A stretch of 64,000 bases of DNA from a bacterium (GCA_963555815.3 CAUVWX020000001.1:576001-640000), one strand, 5' to 3'; positions 1 through 9,722 are shown, numbered from the stretch's first letter. The notes: a model not told the origin generated them from the letters alone. Numbers and translations: made by a program.

Positions 1-10
1 AACCCGTAGG

Positions 11-982
11 TTAAGGGGCCCTCTCCCACACCTCCTGAAAGTGCTCGATGGGATACCACTCATAGCGGACGGTCAGCTCCTTGAGGTCCTCCGGGGCGTC
101 CCAGTCGATCTGAAAGACGTACGGCAACTCCTCCTCTTCCCCGGCGTCCAAAGTCGTCTGGATGAAGCAAAAACACTGGATGGTGTTCACGTACTGTCGG
201 GCAGACTCGGGCTCGATGATGTGCCTGGCCTTGGCTGTGATGTTCCCATTGGAGCGGTTCTTCACCTTATAAAGGACTTGAAGGGTCTCCCCGGGTTGCG
301 CCCGAACGGTTGTCTGAAGAGGGAAGAAATCCCAGGGGAGGTCCATCTTCACCTCCCCCCCGAACCGGACGAGAACGGCCTCTTCCCAGCCGGCGGAGAT
401 CTTCCAGCCCGATCCCTCCTTGACCAGCTGGAACTCCCCCTCCGCCTCCCGCGTCGGGAATTCCCCCGTCTCTCTGAGGACCTCGATTCGATCGAGGCGG
501 GCCTTGGTCTCGGCGGCGACGTTCTTCACCTCGCGCTCCTCGTCCATCAGGTCTAGTAGGGCGGGGTCCAGGGTGTTGGGGATCCTGCCCTTCAACGTGA
601 CTGTCCGAGAAGACTTTTGTCCCTCTGTCTCAGCCTGATCAAATTCTATGTACTGAGAGAGCTTTTTGGCCACCGCCTGGGCTGGACCTATGAAGGGAAG
701 ATTTTCCTGAAGGTATTCTTCTTGCGATTTCAGGGCCCGGTCGCGCTCTGAAATGAAGCGATAGGCATCGGCGAAGTCCCGGGCGAAGAGGGCCCGGGCG
801 TAAGCCCTGGCCACCTCCTCTGGCGACAGGTCCTTACCTGAAGACAGAGAAGGGACGAGTACCATCCAGAGGGCAAGCAAGAAACCGATGGCCTTCGCAC
901 CCTTGCGGGATGGAGTCGAGTGATTGTCTCTCATCTCAGAATATCCCGACGCCGAGGGGTCTAGCAGGCTCCTTTTTCCCAT
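11..982 (-). CDS. Exported protein with C-terminal CtaG/Cox11 copper-chaperone domain
   Basis: Hydrophobic N-terminal segment; C-terminal V(R)AQPGET...YKVKNRS...IQCFCF...LPYVFQID matches the Cox11 CFCF motif; start uncertain. Confidence 0.75.
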   Translation of the reverse strand: MGKRSLLDPSASGYSEMRDNHSTPSRKGAKAIGFLLALWMVLVPSLSSGKDLSPEEVARAYARALFARDFADAYRFISERDRALKSQEEYLQENLPFIGPAQAVAKKLSQYIEFDQAETEGQKSSRTVTLKGRIPNTLDPALLDLMDEEREVKNVAAETKARLDRIEVLRETGEFPTREAEGEFQLVKEGSGWKISAGWEEAVLVRFGGEVKMDLPWDFFPLQTTVRAQPGETLQVLYKVKNRSNGNITAKARHIIEPESARQYVNTIQCFCFIQTTLDAGEEEELPYVFQIDWDAPEDLKELTVRYEWYPIEHFQEVWERAP

Positions 983-1256
983 CAGGAGCCCTCCTGCGAA
1001 TTAGAACTCTAATGGAAGGCCCCAAATTCCTTCGGCAGATCCCCTCTAGTTTACCCCCATCGGCAGCCTGGGGCAACGGGAGCCGAAACGGGGGAGACGC
1101 CCCCGCAGGTCGGTTCTTCCTCGAAAGGCCCGCCCAAATCCACTAGACTTTATAATCGTCGGCTAGAAACGATTTGAGCATGAGTTGTCCCGCGGGGGTG
1201 GAGGGCGTCCTCACAAACGGTCCCCCCACCCCGAAGGAGACCGAATCGGAGGGCTT

Positions 1257-2157
1257 ATGGAGCTTGGACTGAAAGATCGGGTGGCCATGATCACCGGGGC
1301 CAGCCGGGGTCTTGGCCGGGCGTCGGCCTTGGCCCTCGCGGGGGAGGGCTGTCACATTTCCACCATCGCCCGGGGGGCTGAAGACCTGAGTCGTGCCAAG
1401 GCGGAATTTGAGACCCGGGGGGTGAAGGCTTTCATCCTCCAGGGAGATGTGAGCCAGCCGAAGGAGGCCGACCGCTTCGCCGAGGAGACTCTCAAGGAGT
1501 TTGGTCGGGTCGATATCCTCATCAACAATATTGGTGGGTCCAAACCCGGGGGAAACCTGGAAGCCGAGGACGACGTCTGGCACCTCGCCTTTGAGATCAA
1601 CTTCTTCACAGCGGTGCGCCTCACGCGGCGGGTTCTCCCCGAGATGCAAAACAGAGGGTTTGGCCGGATCATCAACATCGCCTCCATCTTCGGCCGGGAG
1701 TGGGGGGGCAACGCCACCTATATCTCCACCAAGGCGGCCATCATCGCCTTCACCAAACACACGGCCCGAGCCCTCAAGGATGACCGCGTCACGGTGAACA
1801 GCATTGCCCCGGGGTCCATCCTCTTCGAAGGCGGAAGCTGGTGGCGGAAGCAGAAGGCCGACCCCGAGGGGATCGCTGATTTCGTCCGAAGGGAGATGCC
1901 TTTCGGGAGATTCGGGCGTCAGGAGGAGATCGGGGCCGTGGTCGCTTTCGTGGCTTCCGAGCGGGCGAGCCTCATCAACGGGGCCTGCATCAACGTGGAC
2001 GGAGGGCAGTCCCGCGCGAAGGGAGATGCCTTTCGGGAGATTCGGGCGTCAGGAGGAGATCGGGGCCGTGGTCGCTTTCGTGGCTTCCGAGCGGGCGAGC
2101 CTCATCAACGGGGCCTGCATCAACGTGGACGGAGGGCAGTCCCGCGCCCTCTTCTAA
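1257..2157 (+). CDS. SDR family oxidoreductase (FabG-like); 3' end disrupted by a 130-bp tandem duplication
   Basis: [18 protein letters not shown] (YxxxK), INVDGG. The natural end SRALF* (TAA 2155-2157) lies in the second repeat copy, out of frame with the start. Confidence 0.85.
1887..2147 (+). repeat. Perfect 130-bp tandem duplication of the SDR 3' end
   Basis: cgaagggagatgcc...gcagtcccgcg occurs at 1887-2016 and again from 2017. Confidence 0.95.
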
Positions 2158-2234
2158 GGCGACGGCCTCTCTATGACTCTCTTCTATGATGAGCACCCGT
2201 ATCACGAAGATAGGCCAAAGGCCGGGAGGCGCTC

Positions 2235-3128
2235 ATGAAGGGGACGGTGGGATTCATCGGCCTTGGGATCATGGGGAAACCCATGGCCCTGAACCTCCTT
2301 CGAAAGGGGTTCTCCCTTTACGTCTACAACCGGACGCGGGAGAAGGCGAAGGAGGTCGTGGCGGCGGGTGCGAAGGAGTCGGCCTCCCCCGAGGAGGTGG
2401 GGGCCCATGCGGAGACCGTCATCACCATGCTCACCGACGCCCCGGATGTGGAGGAGGTTCTCCTCGGGCCGAAGGGCGTCATCCGCTCCGCGAAGCCTGG
2501 CCAGGTCATCATCGACATGAGCACCATCCCCCCAGAGGCGGTCCGCGCCCTCTCGAAGACATTTGCCGAGCGAGGGGTCGAGGTGATGGACGCGCCCGTG
2601 AGCGGGGGCCAGTCAGGAGCTGTCCAAGGGACTCTCACCATCATGGTCGGTGGAAAGAAAGAGACCTTCGAGCGATGTCTTCCTATCTTGCAGGCCATGG
2701 GGAGCCGCATCACGCACACCGGCGCCCCTGGCTGCGGCCAGGTCCTCAAGGCCTGCAACCAGATCCTCTGCGCGGTTAACCAGATCGCCATGGCTGAGGC
2801 CCTATCCCTCTGCCACCGCACGGGGATAGACCTCGACACCATGCATCATGCGCTGACAGGCGGGGCAGGAAACTCCTGGGCCTTTGAACACTTAGGAAAG
2901 AAGGTTATCGAAGGGGATCGGAAACCCTCCTTCAAGATCCATCTGATGCAAAAAGATCTCGAAATCGTCCTCTCAGCGGCAAAGCGCCTGAACCTGCCCC
3001 TTCCCGGCACAGCCCTGGCGCAAGCGCTCTTCCGGGCAGTCCAGGCTGAGGAAGGGGGAGGGGAGCTGGGTATCGAGGCGATGATCAGGGCCTACGAACG
3101 AATGGGGAATTTCACTTTAAGGGACTGA
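2235..3128 (+). CDS. 3-hydroxyisobutyrate dehydrogenase / tartronate semialdehyde reductase family NAD(P)-dependent oxidoreductase
   Basis: GFIGLGIMGKPMA, DAPVSGG, KACNQ, KDL motifs. Confidence 0.9.
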   Translation: MKGTVGFIGLGIMGKPMALNLLRKGFSLYVYNRTREKAKEVVAAGAKESASPEEVGAHAETVITMLTDAPDVEEVLLGPKGVIRSAKPGQVIIDMSTIPPEAVRALSKTFAERGVEVMDAPVSGGQSGAVQGTLTIMVGGKKETFERCLPILQAMGSRITHTGAPGCGQVLKACNQILCAVNQIAMAEALSLCHRTGIDLDTMHHALTGGAGNSWAFEHLGKKVIEGDRKPSFKIHLMQKDLEIVLSAAKRLNLPLPGTALAQALFRAVQAEEGGGELGIEAMIRAYERMGNFTLRD

Positions 3129-3391
3129 TGGAGAGGATCGCGTTTTCGTCCGACGCAGAAAAGGACCCCCTTTCTCAGAAGGGCCCCATGGACCGTGGGG
3201 ATCACCCGGTGCCCTCCACCCTTCAGGACCTTCTGGCCTCTGTGAAGGAAGAGGAGCTTCGGCGTTGGGTCAAAGACCTCTCGGGTCCCCGTCACGGACA
3301 GAGCAACCCCGAAAAGCTTGAAGAAAAGGGAAGTCTCTTCTTCCTCGCCCTGGTCACCCGGGCGCTGATCGTTTCCGCCGCCGCGTTCTAG
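3128..3391 (+). pseudogene. Possible N-terminal remnant of an M28-type peptidase
   Basis: Coupled to the upstream stop; LLASVKEEELRRWVKDLSGPRH resembles M28 N-termini, then ends without metal-binding motifs. Confidence 0.35.
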
Positions 3392-3469
3392 TTTTCGGGA
3401 AATTTTCTTTACCGATACCGAGCCTGGTTCGGTTGTCCCAAAACCTGAAGGGCCGTCACCCACACGCCA

Positions 3470-3946
3470 CTAGCCGTAAGGGAACATGAAGGGATACTCG
3501 GGGATGATGAGGTCTCGGCTCTTGGCCGCCTCCTCGGGGGGTGGTGCCGTCAGGATGACCCGGCAGGGGGCACTCTCGATGACGGCCCGGGCGGTCCCCC
3601 CGAGCCTCGTGTCCAGAATACCCCGCTTGCTGTGTGCCCCCATAATGATAAGGTCCGCTCCAACCTCCCGTGCCACCTGCAGGACGACCTTCCTGGGAGA
3701 CCCGTCCCGAAGGAGAGCCTCTGCCTCTATCCCTTTTTCCAGAATGGGGGCCATGAACCGCTTGAGCTTAGCCTCGGTCGATTCCCCCTCGGGCATGAGG
3801 GCGAGGTGAAACTCGCAGGTGAGAATAAATAGCTTGGCCTTGTGAAGAGAGGCCAGGTCTATGGCCACGTCCCGGGCCACGAGGGCGTGTGGGGTGATGT
3901 CGAGATAGCGCTGGAGGGCGACGGAGACGAGAATATTCTGGACCAT
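3470..3946 (-). CDS. Universal stress protein (UspA family)
   Basis: NILVSV, GSPRKVVL, ADLIIMGAH, LGGTARAVIESAPCRVI. Confidence 0.9.
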   Translation of the reverse strand: MVQNILVSVALQRYLDITPHALVARDVAIDLASLHKAKLFILTCEFHLALMPEGESTEAKLKRFMAPILEKGIEAEALLRDGSPRKVVLQVAREVGADLIIMGAHSKRGILDTRLGGTARAVIESAPCRVILTAPPPEEAAKSRDLIIPEYPFMFPYG

Positions 3947-4142
3947 TGAAAAAGGTCTCCAAAGAGGGAATCTTTAATCTTTACCGCATTATAACCCCTC
4001 TTCGGCCTTTTGTGAGAGGAAATTGGGGCGGCCCTGCTGGGGGACCGGGGTCTGGGAGGGCCTCCAACCGGCCTCTCTCAGGCCCTTTGAAATTCTTTCC
4101 TCGACTCTGTGGGGATTTGACCGGGGCGGTTGCGCGTGCTCT

Positions 4143-4457
4143 CTAAATGTCGGGGATAATCTGTGGTCTCGCCGCCATTGGCTGGATTTGAGGAGTGGAG
4201 CGTTCTCCTCGCTGGTCGACGGGTGCATCCCTTTCCTTCTGGAGCACCTTCAGGCCGAGGAAAAAGGCCCCGAAAAAATAGAGGCCTGATGCGAGGAGGA
4301 CAAACCCTATATGGTCCCGCAGGAGGATGCCAAGGAAGGTGGTCCCTCCAAGGACGGCGGCCAAGATGGGGAGATGGCAGGGGCAGGCGAGAAAGCCTGT
4401 CAGCAGGAGAAAATACCCGCCGGCCCTTCTGCGGCCTATCTTCGCTCTAGCTGTCAT
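4143..4457 (-). CDS. merE: MerE-family mercury transport membrane protein
   Basis: GYFLLLTGFLACPCHLPILAAVLGGT closely matches the MerE signature CPCHLPILAAVLAGT; two TM helices. Confidence 0.75.
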   Translation of the reverse strand: MTARAKIGRRRAGGYFLLLTGFLACPCHLPILAAVLGGTTFLGILLRDHIGFVLLASGLYFFGAFFLGLKVLQKERDAPVDQRGERSTPQIQPMAARPQIIPDI

Positions 4458-4500
4458 TGCCTAGAACCCTGTTCGAACGCTCTGGCAAGTCGCTCTAAGC

Positions 4501-5133
4501 TCATCCTTCATTCAGCACTTCCTCGCCTTCACCCAGCAACTCCTCGATGAACTCCTTTGCCTCCTCTCCAAACCATTCTCTTGCCCCGTGGGCCGCGCCG
4601 ATCACCCGGCCCTCTCGATCAATGAAGACGGAGTAGGGAAGCCCTCGGACTCCATACAGCTGGGACACCTGAAGCCCCTCGTCCACGGCCGCCGGATAGG
4701 TGAGACCCATTTCCCTGATGAACTCCCGGGGCGCCTCGGGCCCGGTCAGGTCCTGGGAGACGGCGAAGATCTCTAGGCCCCTTTCCCGGTATGCCTGGTA
4801 GAGTTTCTCCATCGCGGGCATCTCAAACTTGCAGGGAGGGCACCAAGTGGCCCAGAAGTTGAGGAAGATCACCTTGCCGCGAAAGTCCCTTATCGAGACA
4901 GGCTTTCCACTTGTGAGCTCCACCAGGCTGAAGTCGTGGGCCTTGGGTTTATTCTTGGCTGCAAAGACCCCGACCTTCGAGAAGCTGTCAGAGCGCGAAT
5001 CCGCCTCGGGGGAGGGAGCCCTGTGGAGCGTTCGGTTGGGAAGGAAGACAACGGCCAGGACTACAACAAGTGAAATCCCCAGGCCAATCCCCACAAAAAG
5101 ACGCCAATCACCTCTACTTTTGGAGTCTCTCAT
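4501..5133 (-). CDS. TlpA/ResA-family membrane-anchored thiol:disulfide oxidoreductase
   Basis: N-terminal TM; LNFWATWCPPCKFEMP; cis-Pro GLPY. Confidence 0.92.
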   Translation of the reverse strand: MRDSKSRGDWRLFVGIGLGISLVVVLAVVFLPNRTLHRAPSPEADSRSDSFSKVGVFAAKNKPKAHDFSLVELTSGKPVSIRDFRGKVIFLNFWATWCPPCKFEMPAMEKLYQAYRERGLEIFAVSQDLTGPEAPREFIREMGLTYPAAVDEGLQVSQLYGVRGLPYSVFIDREGRVIGAAHGAREWFGEEAKEFIEELLGEGEEVLNEG

Positions 5134-5292
5134 CTTTTCTCTACAATCGGCCTGAGTTCCCTCACGCCTTCAAGGTCTTTGACCGCCACGCCACCCCCTG
5201 ATCCAGAAAAGGCCTGTGAAGCGAAACGGCTGTGTGGCGCGCTTTGTCGAATAGATCCCTTCGGCCAGAAGTTCCTCAGAGGGGGAGGCTGA

Positions 5293-5880
5293 TCAGCCCT
5301 CCGAAAGCAACTCCTCAACCAGGGCCTGGCCATCTTGGCTGAACCAGCTCCGAGGTCCCGACGCAGATCCAATCACCTTGCCCTGGACGTCGATCAGATA
5401 GCTCAGTGGGGGGCCGCGAAAGCCGTAGCGGCGCGCAACTCGAGCGCCTCGGTCATGAGCCGTCGGGAAGGTGAGGTTCATCGTCTTCATGAAGGGCGGG
5501 ATAACCTCAGGGGTGTCGTCAATAGAAACGGCCAGTATGGCAAAGCCCTTGTCCTTGAACGCCTGGTAGAGCTGCTCCATCTCGGGCATCTCCGCCCGGC
5601 AGGGGGGACACCAGGTGGCCCAGAAATTTAGAAGGAGCACCTTTCCCTTGAAGTCGGAAAGCTCCACCTTGTCACCGTCGGGGTTGCGGAGGGAGAAGGA
5701 AGGCGCCTCCGGGCGATCATCAAATTTGTGAATGGCCAGGGCCCTGTAAAAATCCTTGGACTGGGCCTCTGAAGTCGCGATCACCTTCCATCCGCTCAAG
5801 GCCAGGCCCGGCAAAGCCAAGACCAGGAACAAAATGAGAAGGCCCCTTTTCCGATGAGGGGCATTTTTAAATCGAACCAT
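5293..5880 (-). CDS. TlpA/ResA-family thiol:disulfide oxidoreductase
   Basis: N-terminal anchor; LNFWATWCPPCRAEMP. Confidence 0.92.
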   Translation of the reverse strand: MVRFKNAPHRKRGLLILFLVLALPGLALSGWKVIATSEAQSKDFYRALAIHKFDDRPEAPSFSLRNPDGDKVELSDFKGKVLLLNFWATWCPPCRAEMPEMEQLYQAFKDKGFAILAVSIDDTPEVIPPFMKTMNLTFPTAHDRGARVARRYGFRGPPLSYLIDVQGKVIGSASGPRSWFSQDGQALVEELLSEG

Positions 5881-6070
5881 AAGAAACCTCCTTTAGTTAT
5901 CCAGCTACCTCACCATTGTATTTTAGCAGATATTCCCTGGCAAGACCTAGCTCCCCCACCGGCCCGGATTGCCCGGAGAGCCCCTTTCTACTTGCTTTAA
6001 CCTTTACGGCCCCCAATCCATTCCCAGCCTTGAAGGCCCCAGTCCGTTTGAGACACCCCGAACAAGAAGC

Positions 6071-6355
6071 CTAGATTGGCTCCAGGGCGTAGGAGCCGTA
6101 CTCGAAGCTCACCTCCTGCCTCCGGCCGCAGTGCTCAATGACATCCCCGGGCTGGACATCATCGGCAAGGACAATCTCCTCTTCGCAGAGGGCGCAGCTC
6201 GCTTTTTTGAGGATACTTGCCGCCCAGATCCCCTCTTTTTCGCGCAGCCCGATGGAAACGCCCGCGCAGAAGGGACAAGGGATGACGTCCCCGGCCTTTG
6301 AGTCAGGGGGAACCGCCAGGGGGCGACGGCACTCTGGACAGGTCACTTCCGCCAC
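6071..6355 (-). CDS. Small double zinc-ribbon protein (LysW-like fold)
   Basis: CPEC...GDVIPCPFC and CALC...GDVIEHCG internal repeat; GGGAG RBS before GTG. Confidence 0.65.
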   Translation of the reverse strand: MAEVTCPECRRPLAVPPDSKAGDVIPCPFCAGVSIGLREKEGIWAASILKKASCALCEEEIVLADDVQPGDVIEHCGRRQEVSFEYGSYALEPI

Positions 6356-6373
6356 AGGCGTTCTCCCACGGTC

Positions 6374-6613
6374 CTAAAGCCCTAGAAGTCTCTTCATCTT
6401 CCCTCGGTCAAAGCCGACGACGACCTCTCCATCGATCAGGATGACAGGCGTCCCACGCTGGCCCGAGAGTTTTACCATCTCTTCCCGGGCCGCCTCGTCC
6501 GCGAGAATGTCCTTCCCGATGAATTGAACACCCTTTGCCGAAAGGAACTTTTCGGCTGCCATGCAGCCGCTTCAGTCAGGGACATGAAATAGGGTCACTT
6601 GACGCTCTGACAT
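6374..6613 (-). CDS. Glutaredoxin-like selenoprotein (UxxC), 79 aa
   Basis: MSERQVTLFHVPD-TGA-SGCMAAEKFL...SGQRGTPVILIDGEVVVGFD; in-frame TGA at 6574-6572 at the first CxxC position; purine-rich RBS upstream. Confidence 0.88.
6537..6556 (-). promoter_or_regulatory. Candidate SECIS hairpin of the glutaredoxin
   Basis: GCCGAAA-AGUUCC-UUUCGGC, 7-bp stem starting 15 nt after UGA. Confidence 0.6.
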
Positions 6614-6872
6614 GGGGTCCTTCTCCCTCTTATTAAAGAATCAAAAAAGTGACTTTTAGACGTCCATCTCCCCCTCCCCCCCAGGGGGATATAGCCCTCT
6701 ACTTTAGCCCTCCTGCCCTGTGGGTCAACCCTTTTTTCCGCGAGAGGTGCCCCAGAACGTGGGGGCTCAGGTGGCGTCTCGAAGTCGAGAGAGGTTGGGC
6801 CGAGCGGCCTCACTACTTCCTGCCACAGCTAGGGATACATTCGAATAAAAAACCGTCTCACAGCGTCCCCCG

Positions 6873-8222
6873 TTATTCCTGCGGCCTCCTCCCCGCCCGC
6901 AATCGAGACAGCTGCTCCTTCAGCCAGCGCGAGCCCGGTTCCAGCTCCAGCGCCCTTTCATAGGCCGCGATTGCCTCCTCACTTCTCCCGACAGCCTCGT
7001 AGGCCTGACATAACTGGCGGTGGAGAACCGAGACGGCGGGATTGAGATCGATGGCGGCCTTGAGCCGATCGATCCCCTCCACGTGCTCCTGGCGTCCGAG
7101 ATAGATCCGCGCCAGGCGAAGGTGGAATTCCCAACTCTCCGGATTGTGCTGAAGGGCCTGTTGATAAGCCTGAATGGCCTGGTCCTCTTCACCTCCCTGG
7201 ACATAGATCTGCCCCAGGTCTGCGTAGGCTTCGGCCAAATCAAGTTTCAAAGACAGGGCCCTCTCGTAGGAGCTGATGGCCGCTTCACGATCTCCCTGGC
7301 GGAAGTACACCTTGCCCAAGTTGAGGTAGACCTCAAAGTTGGTGGGCTCCACCTGGGCGGCCTCGAGGAGACGGGACTGGGCGGTCAGGTCGTCGCCCTG
7401 AGCGAAGGCGATCCTGCCCAAGAGAACACGGGCCCCCGCGTAATACGGGGATCCACGGCCGATGGCTTCCGAAAGGTCTTGAGCGCGGGCATACTCCCGC
7501 TGCCTAAAGGAGAACTGAGCCGCTCTCATCTGGAAGGTATCTTTGTCGGGGTCCAGCTCCAGGGCCTTTTGAAACTCGATCTCCGCCTCTTCCTTTCCCT
7601 GACGATCCAAAAACTGGCCAAACTGAAAATGGGCCTCGGCAATGTCAGGAACAGTTTGACGGAGGTCTTCGTACTGTTGAGTCTCCTCCCAATAGAGCTC
7701 CAGGGTCCCTGGGAGCAACTCCGGCATGAATTCATGGGCCTGAAGGAAAGCGGCCTTCGCTTGAGTTTCATCCCCCGCCCGGCGATGGAAAAGGCCCACC
7801 GAGTGGAAGAGGAAAGGGTTACGGGGGTCCAGATCAAGAGCGATTCGGATTGCCTCAGCAGCCGCCTCGGGCCGGCCCAAACTGCCCTCGATCCACCCCA
7901 GATGAAAAAAGTACCGGCCCTGGGTGGGGGCCCTCCCGACAACCTCTTGAAGCTCGGCGTGGGCCTTATTTAGCCACACGCGCCGTTCAAAGATCGAGGC
8001 TCCGGCCTCAAGCGCCCTGCGCTCAAAATAGACGGCTCGCTCATAGCGATACCGGGGATTCGCAGGCGAGAGTCCGATGGCCGTATTCAACCGGGGCAGC
8101 CGACTGCCCTGCCAGCGCTGAAACGACCACTCGGCCCCGTAGATACGCACCACCGAAAAAATCATTCCCAGGGCCCCAAGAACCACCAGTGTGGAGAGAA
8201 CCCACCTGCTCGTTTTCCCCAA
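6873..8222 (-). CDS. Membrane-anchored tetratricopeptide repeat protein
   Basis: N-terminal TM; many TPR motifs (AYADLGQIY...AIQAYQQALQHNP). Confidence 0.9.
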   Translation of the reverse strand: MGKTSRWVLSTLVVLGALGMIFSVVRIYGAEWSFQRWQGSRLPRLNTAIGLSPANPRYRYERAVYFERRALEAGASIFERRVWLNKAHAELQEVVGRAPTQGRYFFHLGWIEGSLGRPEAAAEAIRIALDLDPRNPFLFHSVGLFHRRAGDETQAKAAFLQAHEFMPELLPGTLELYWEETQQYEDLRQTVPDIAEAHFQFGQFLDRQGKEEAEIEFQKALELDPDKDTFQMRAAQFSFRQREYARAQDLSEAIGRGSPYYAGARVLLGRIAFAQGDDLTAQSRLLEAAQVEPTNFEVYLNLGKVYFRQGDREAAISSYERALSLKLDLAEAYADLGQIYVQGGEEDQAIQAYQQALQHNPESWEFHLRLARIYLGRQEHVEGIDRLKAAIDLNPAVSVLHRQLCQAYEAVGRSEEAIAAYERALELEPGSRWLKEQLSRLRAGRRPQE

Positions 8223-8240
8223 GCGGTAGCCCCGCTCCCT

Positions 8241-9641
8241 TCACATCCGGTCCCGTCGGTTTTTCCTGGGGGCTATAGAGGAAGTGGCGTGAATCAGACC
8301 CACGATGATGGTCAGAAGGAGGGCATTGGCGGGGATCTGCATATTGAAGTCAAACAGGCTGAACACCAAGATCCCGATGCAGGCTGCACTGCCACCGGCA
8401 ATCATGCCGCGCCGCCATCCCCCCGGAAGGTATCTCAAACTTCTCATGGACGATCCAAGGAAGATGATCCAAAAAGCTGCGACGAGGAGGAAACCGATCG
8501 CTCCCCCCTCCGCCAGGAGTTCAAGGTAATCGTTGTGGGCGTGCTCAAAGGTTAGGCCGATGTTGGAGGTCCGGTATGCCGGAAAGACCTCGTTAAAACT
8601 CCCAAGCCCAGTGCCCCACGTAGGGAACTGGCCAATCATGGTGTGGGTTGCTTGCCAGACCCGACCCCGGAACTCCTCCCCGCCAAAGGGGAAAGAAGCG
8701 GGAAAAACCGTGCCCCATAAAAAGGGAGCCGCCAAGGCCAGAATAATCCCCAGGGTCAACCACCGTTTCAACGACCAGCCCCTCTGTAGGCACAGGCCGA
8801 AGCCCAGGAGGGCGGCGGCGAGGCTCAAGACTCCGCCAAAAGAGCCGGACATCACCAAGGCGGCCCCCATGAGCAGAACAAGGCAGGTGAGCCAGAAGGG
8901 TGACTTTCTCCAGGGCATGCCTCGACCCCGTTCGGCCACCAGGGCCCCGAGCGTCAGGGCAATCGCCATGACGAGGTATCCCGAATAATGGTTCTGATTC
9001 ACGTAAGGGCCGAAAGGAACGGCACCGAGGGGGACTTCCCTCACCCAATAGATCTTTTCATTCCATGTGAAGGCCTGCAGAAGGCCAAAGCTGGCCAGGG
9101 CCCCCCCACCAGCCACAACGGCGAAAACAAGCCGCTTCACCTGACGACTGTCTCTCACCCACTGCGTCACAACGATGAAGATCAGCAAGTAGGCGCGGAT
9201 TCGGTAGAGGGCCAAACGGGTGCTGGGCGCAGAGAGGGTGAGGGGCCTCAATTGCGGCGACAGCGATGAACCGCTCCTCTCGACTGGAACCAGAGTGGGC
9301 GGAGGGGACCCCCCATAGGTCGCAGCGACCACGCTGGGCTGGGAATACAATTCATGGGTCATGGGTGACAGGGTGCGGAGAAGGCTGTTCGGCATGGGAA
9401 AACTCTGAAAAAGAATCAAAAGGAGGAAAAGGAAGAGCGGGAGATGAAGTGGGCTTCGGAAATACCGAAACTTGCTCCTGCGAAGGTTCTTGAGGAGCCA
9501 CACCCCCGCTGCCACCAGTGCTGTGACCTCGAGGGCTGATTGAGCCCAGAGGGGAACGGCGCCAAACAGAAAGGGGGGGACAATGATCAAGCCCAGGAGG
9601 CAGGTTTCGACCACCCGGTCCAGGCGGTCAAAGGGTCTCAT
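8241..9641 (-). CDS. O-antigen ligase / Wzy-like membrane protein
   Basis: Multi-TM; GPYVNQNH, GTGLGSF, HAHNDYLELLAEGG, DFNMQIPAN. Confidence 0.88.
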   Translation of the reverse strand: MRPFDRLDRVVETCLLGLIIVPPFLFGAVPLWAQSALEVTALVAAGVWLLKNLRRSKFRYFRSPLHLPLFLFLLLILFQSFPMPNSLLRTLSPMTHELYSQPSVVAATYGGSPPPTLVPVERSGSSLSPQLRPLTLSAPSTRLALYRIRAYLLIFIVVTQWVRDSRQVKRLVFAVVAGGGALASFGLLQAFTWNEKIYWVREVPLGAVPFGPYVNQNHYSGYLVMAIALTLGALVAERGRGMPWRKSPFWLTCLVLLMGAALVMSGSFGGVLSLAAALLGFGLCLQRGWSLKRWLTLGIILALAAPFLWGTVFPASFPFGGEEFRGRVWQATHTMIGQFPTWGTGLGSFNEVFPAYRTSNIGLTFEHAHNDYLELLAEGGAIGFLLVAAFWIIFLGSSMRSLRYLPGGWRRGMIAGGSAACIGILVFSLFDFNMQIPANALLLTIIVGLIHATSSIAPRKNRRDRM

Positions 9642-9722
9642 TCCCGCCTCGCTGCGCGTTATCTCCGCCCCTGGGGACAGAGAATGTCACGGGGAAAAAG
9701 TGGCGTTTCTCGCCCTTGATTC

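Noticed and set aside
6071..6355. True LysW for the aminoadipate pathway
   Set aside because: Lacks the C-terminal EDWGE and has no lysX/Z/Y neighbours
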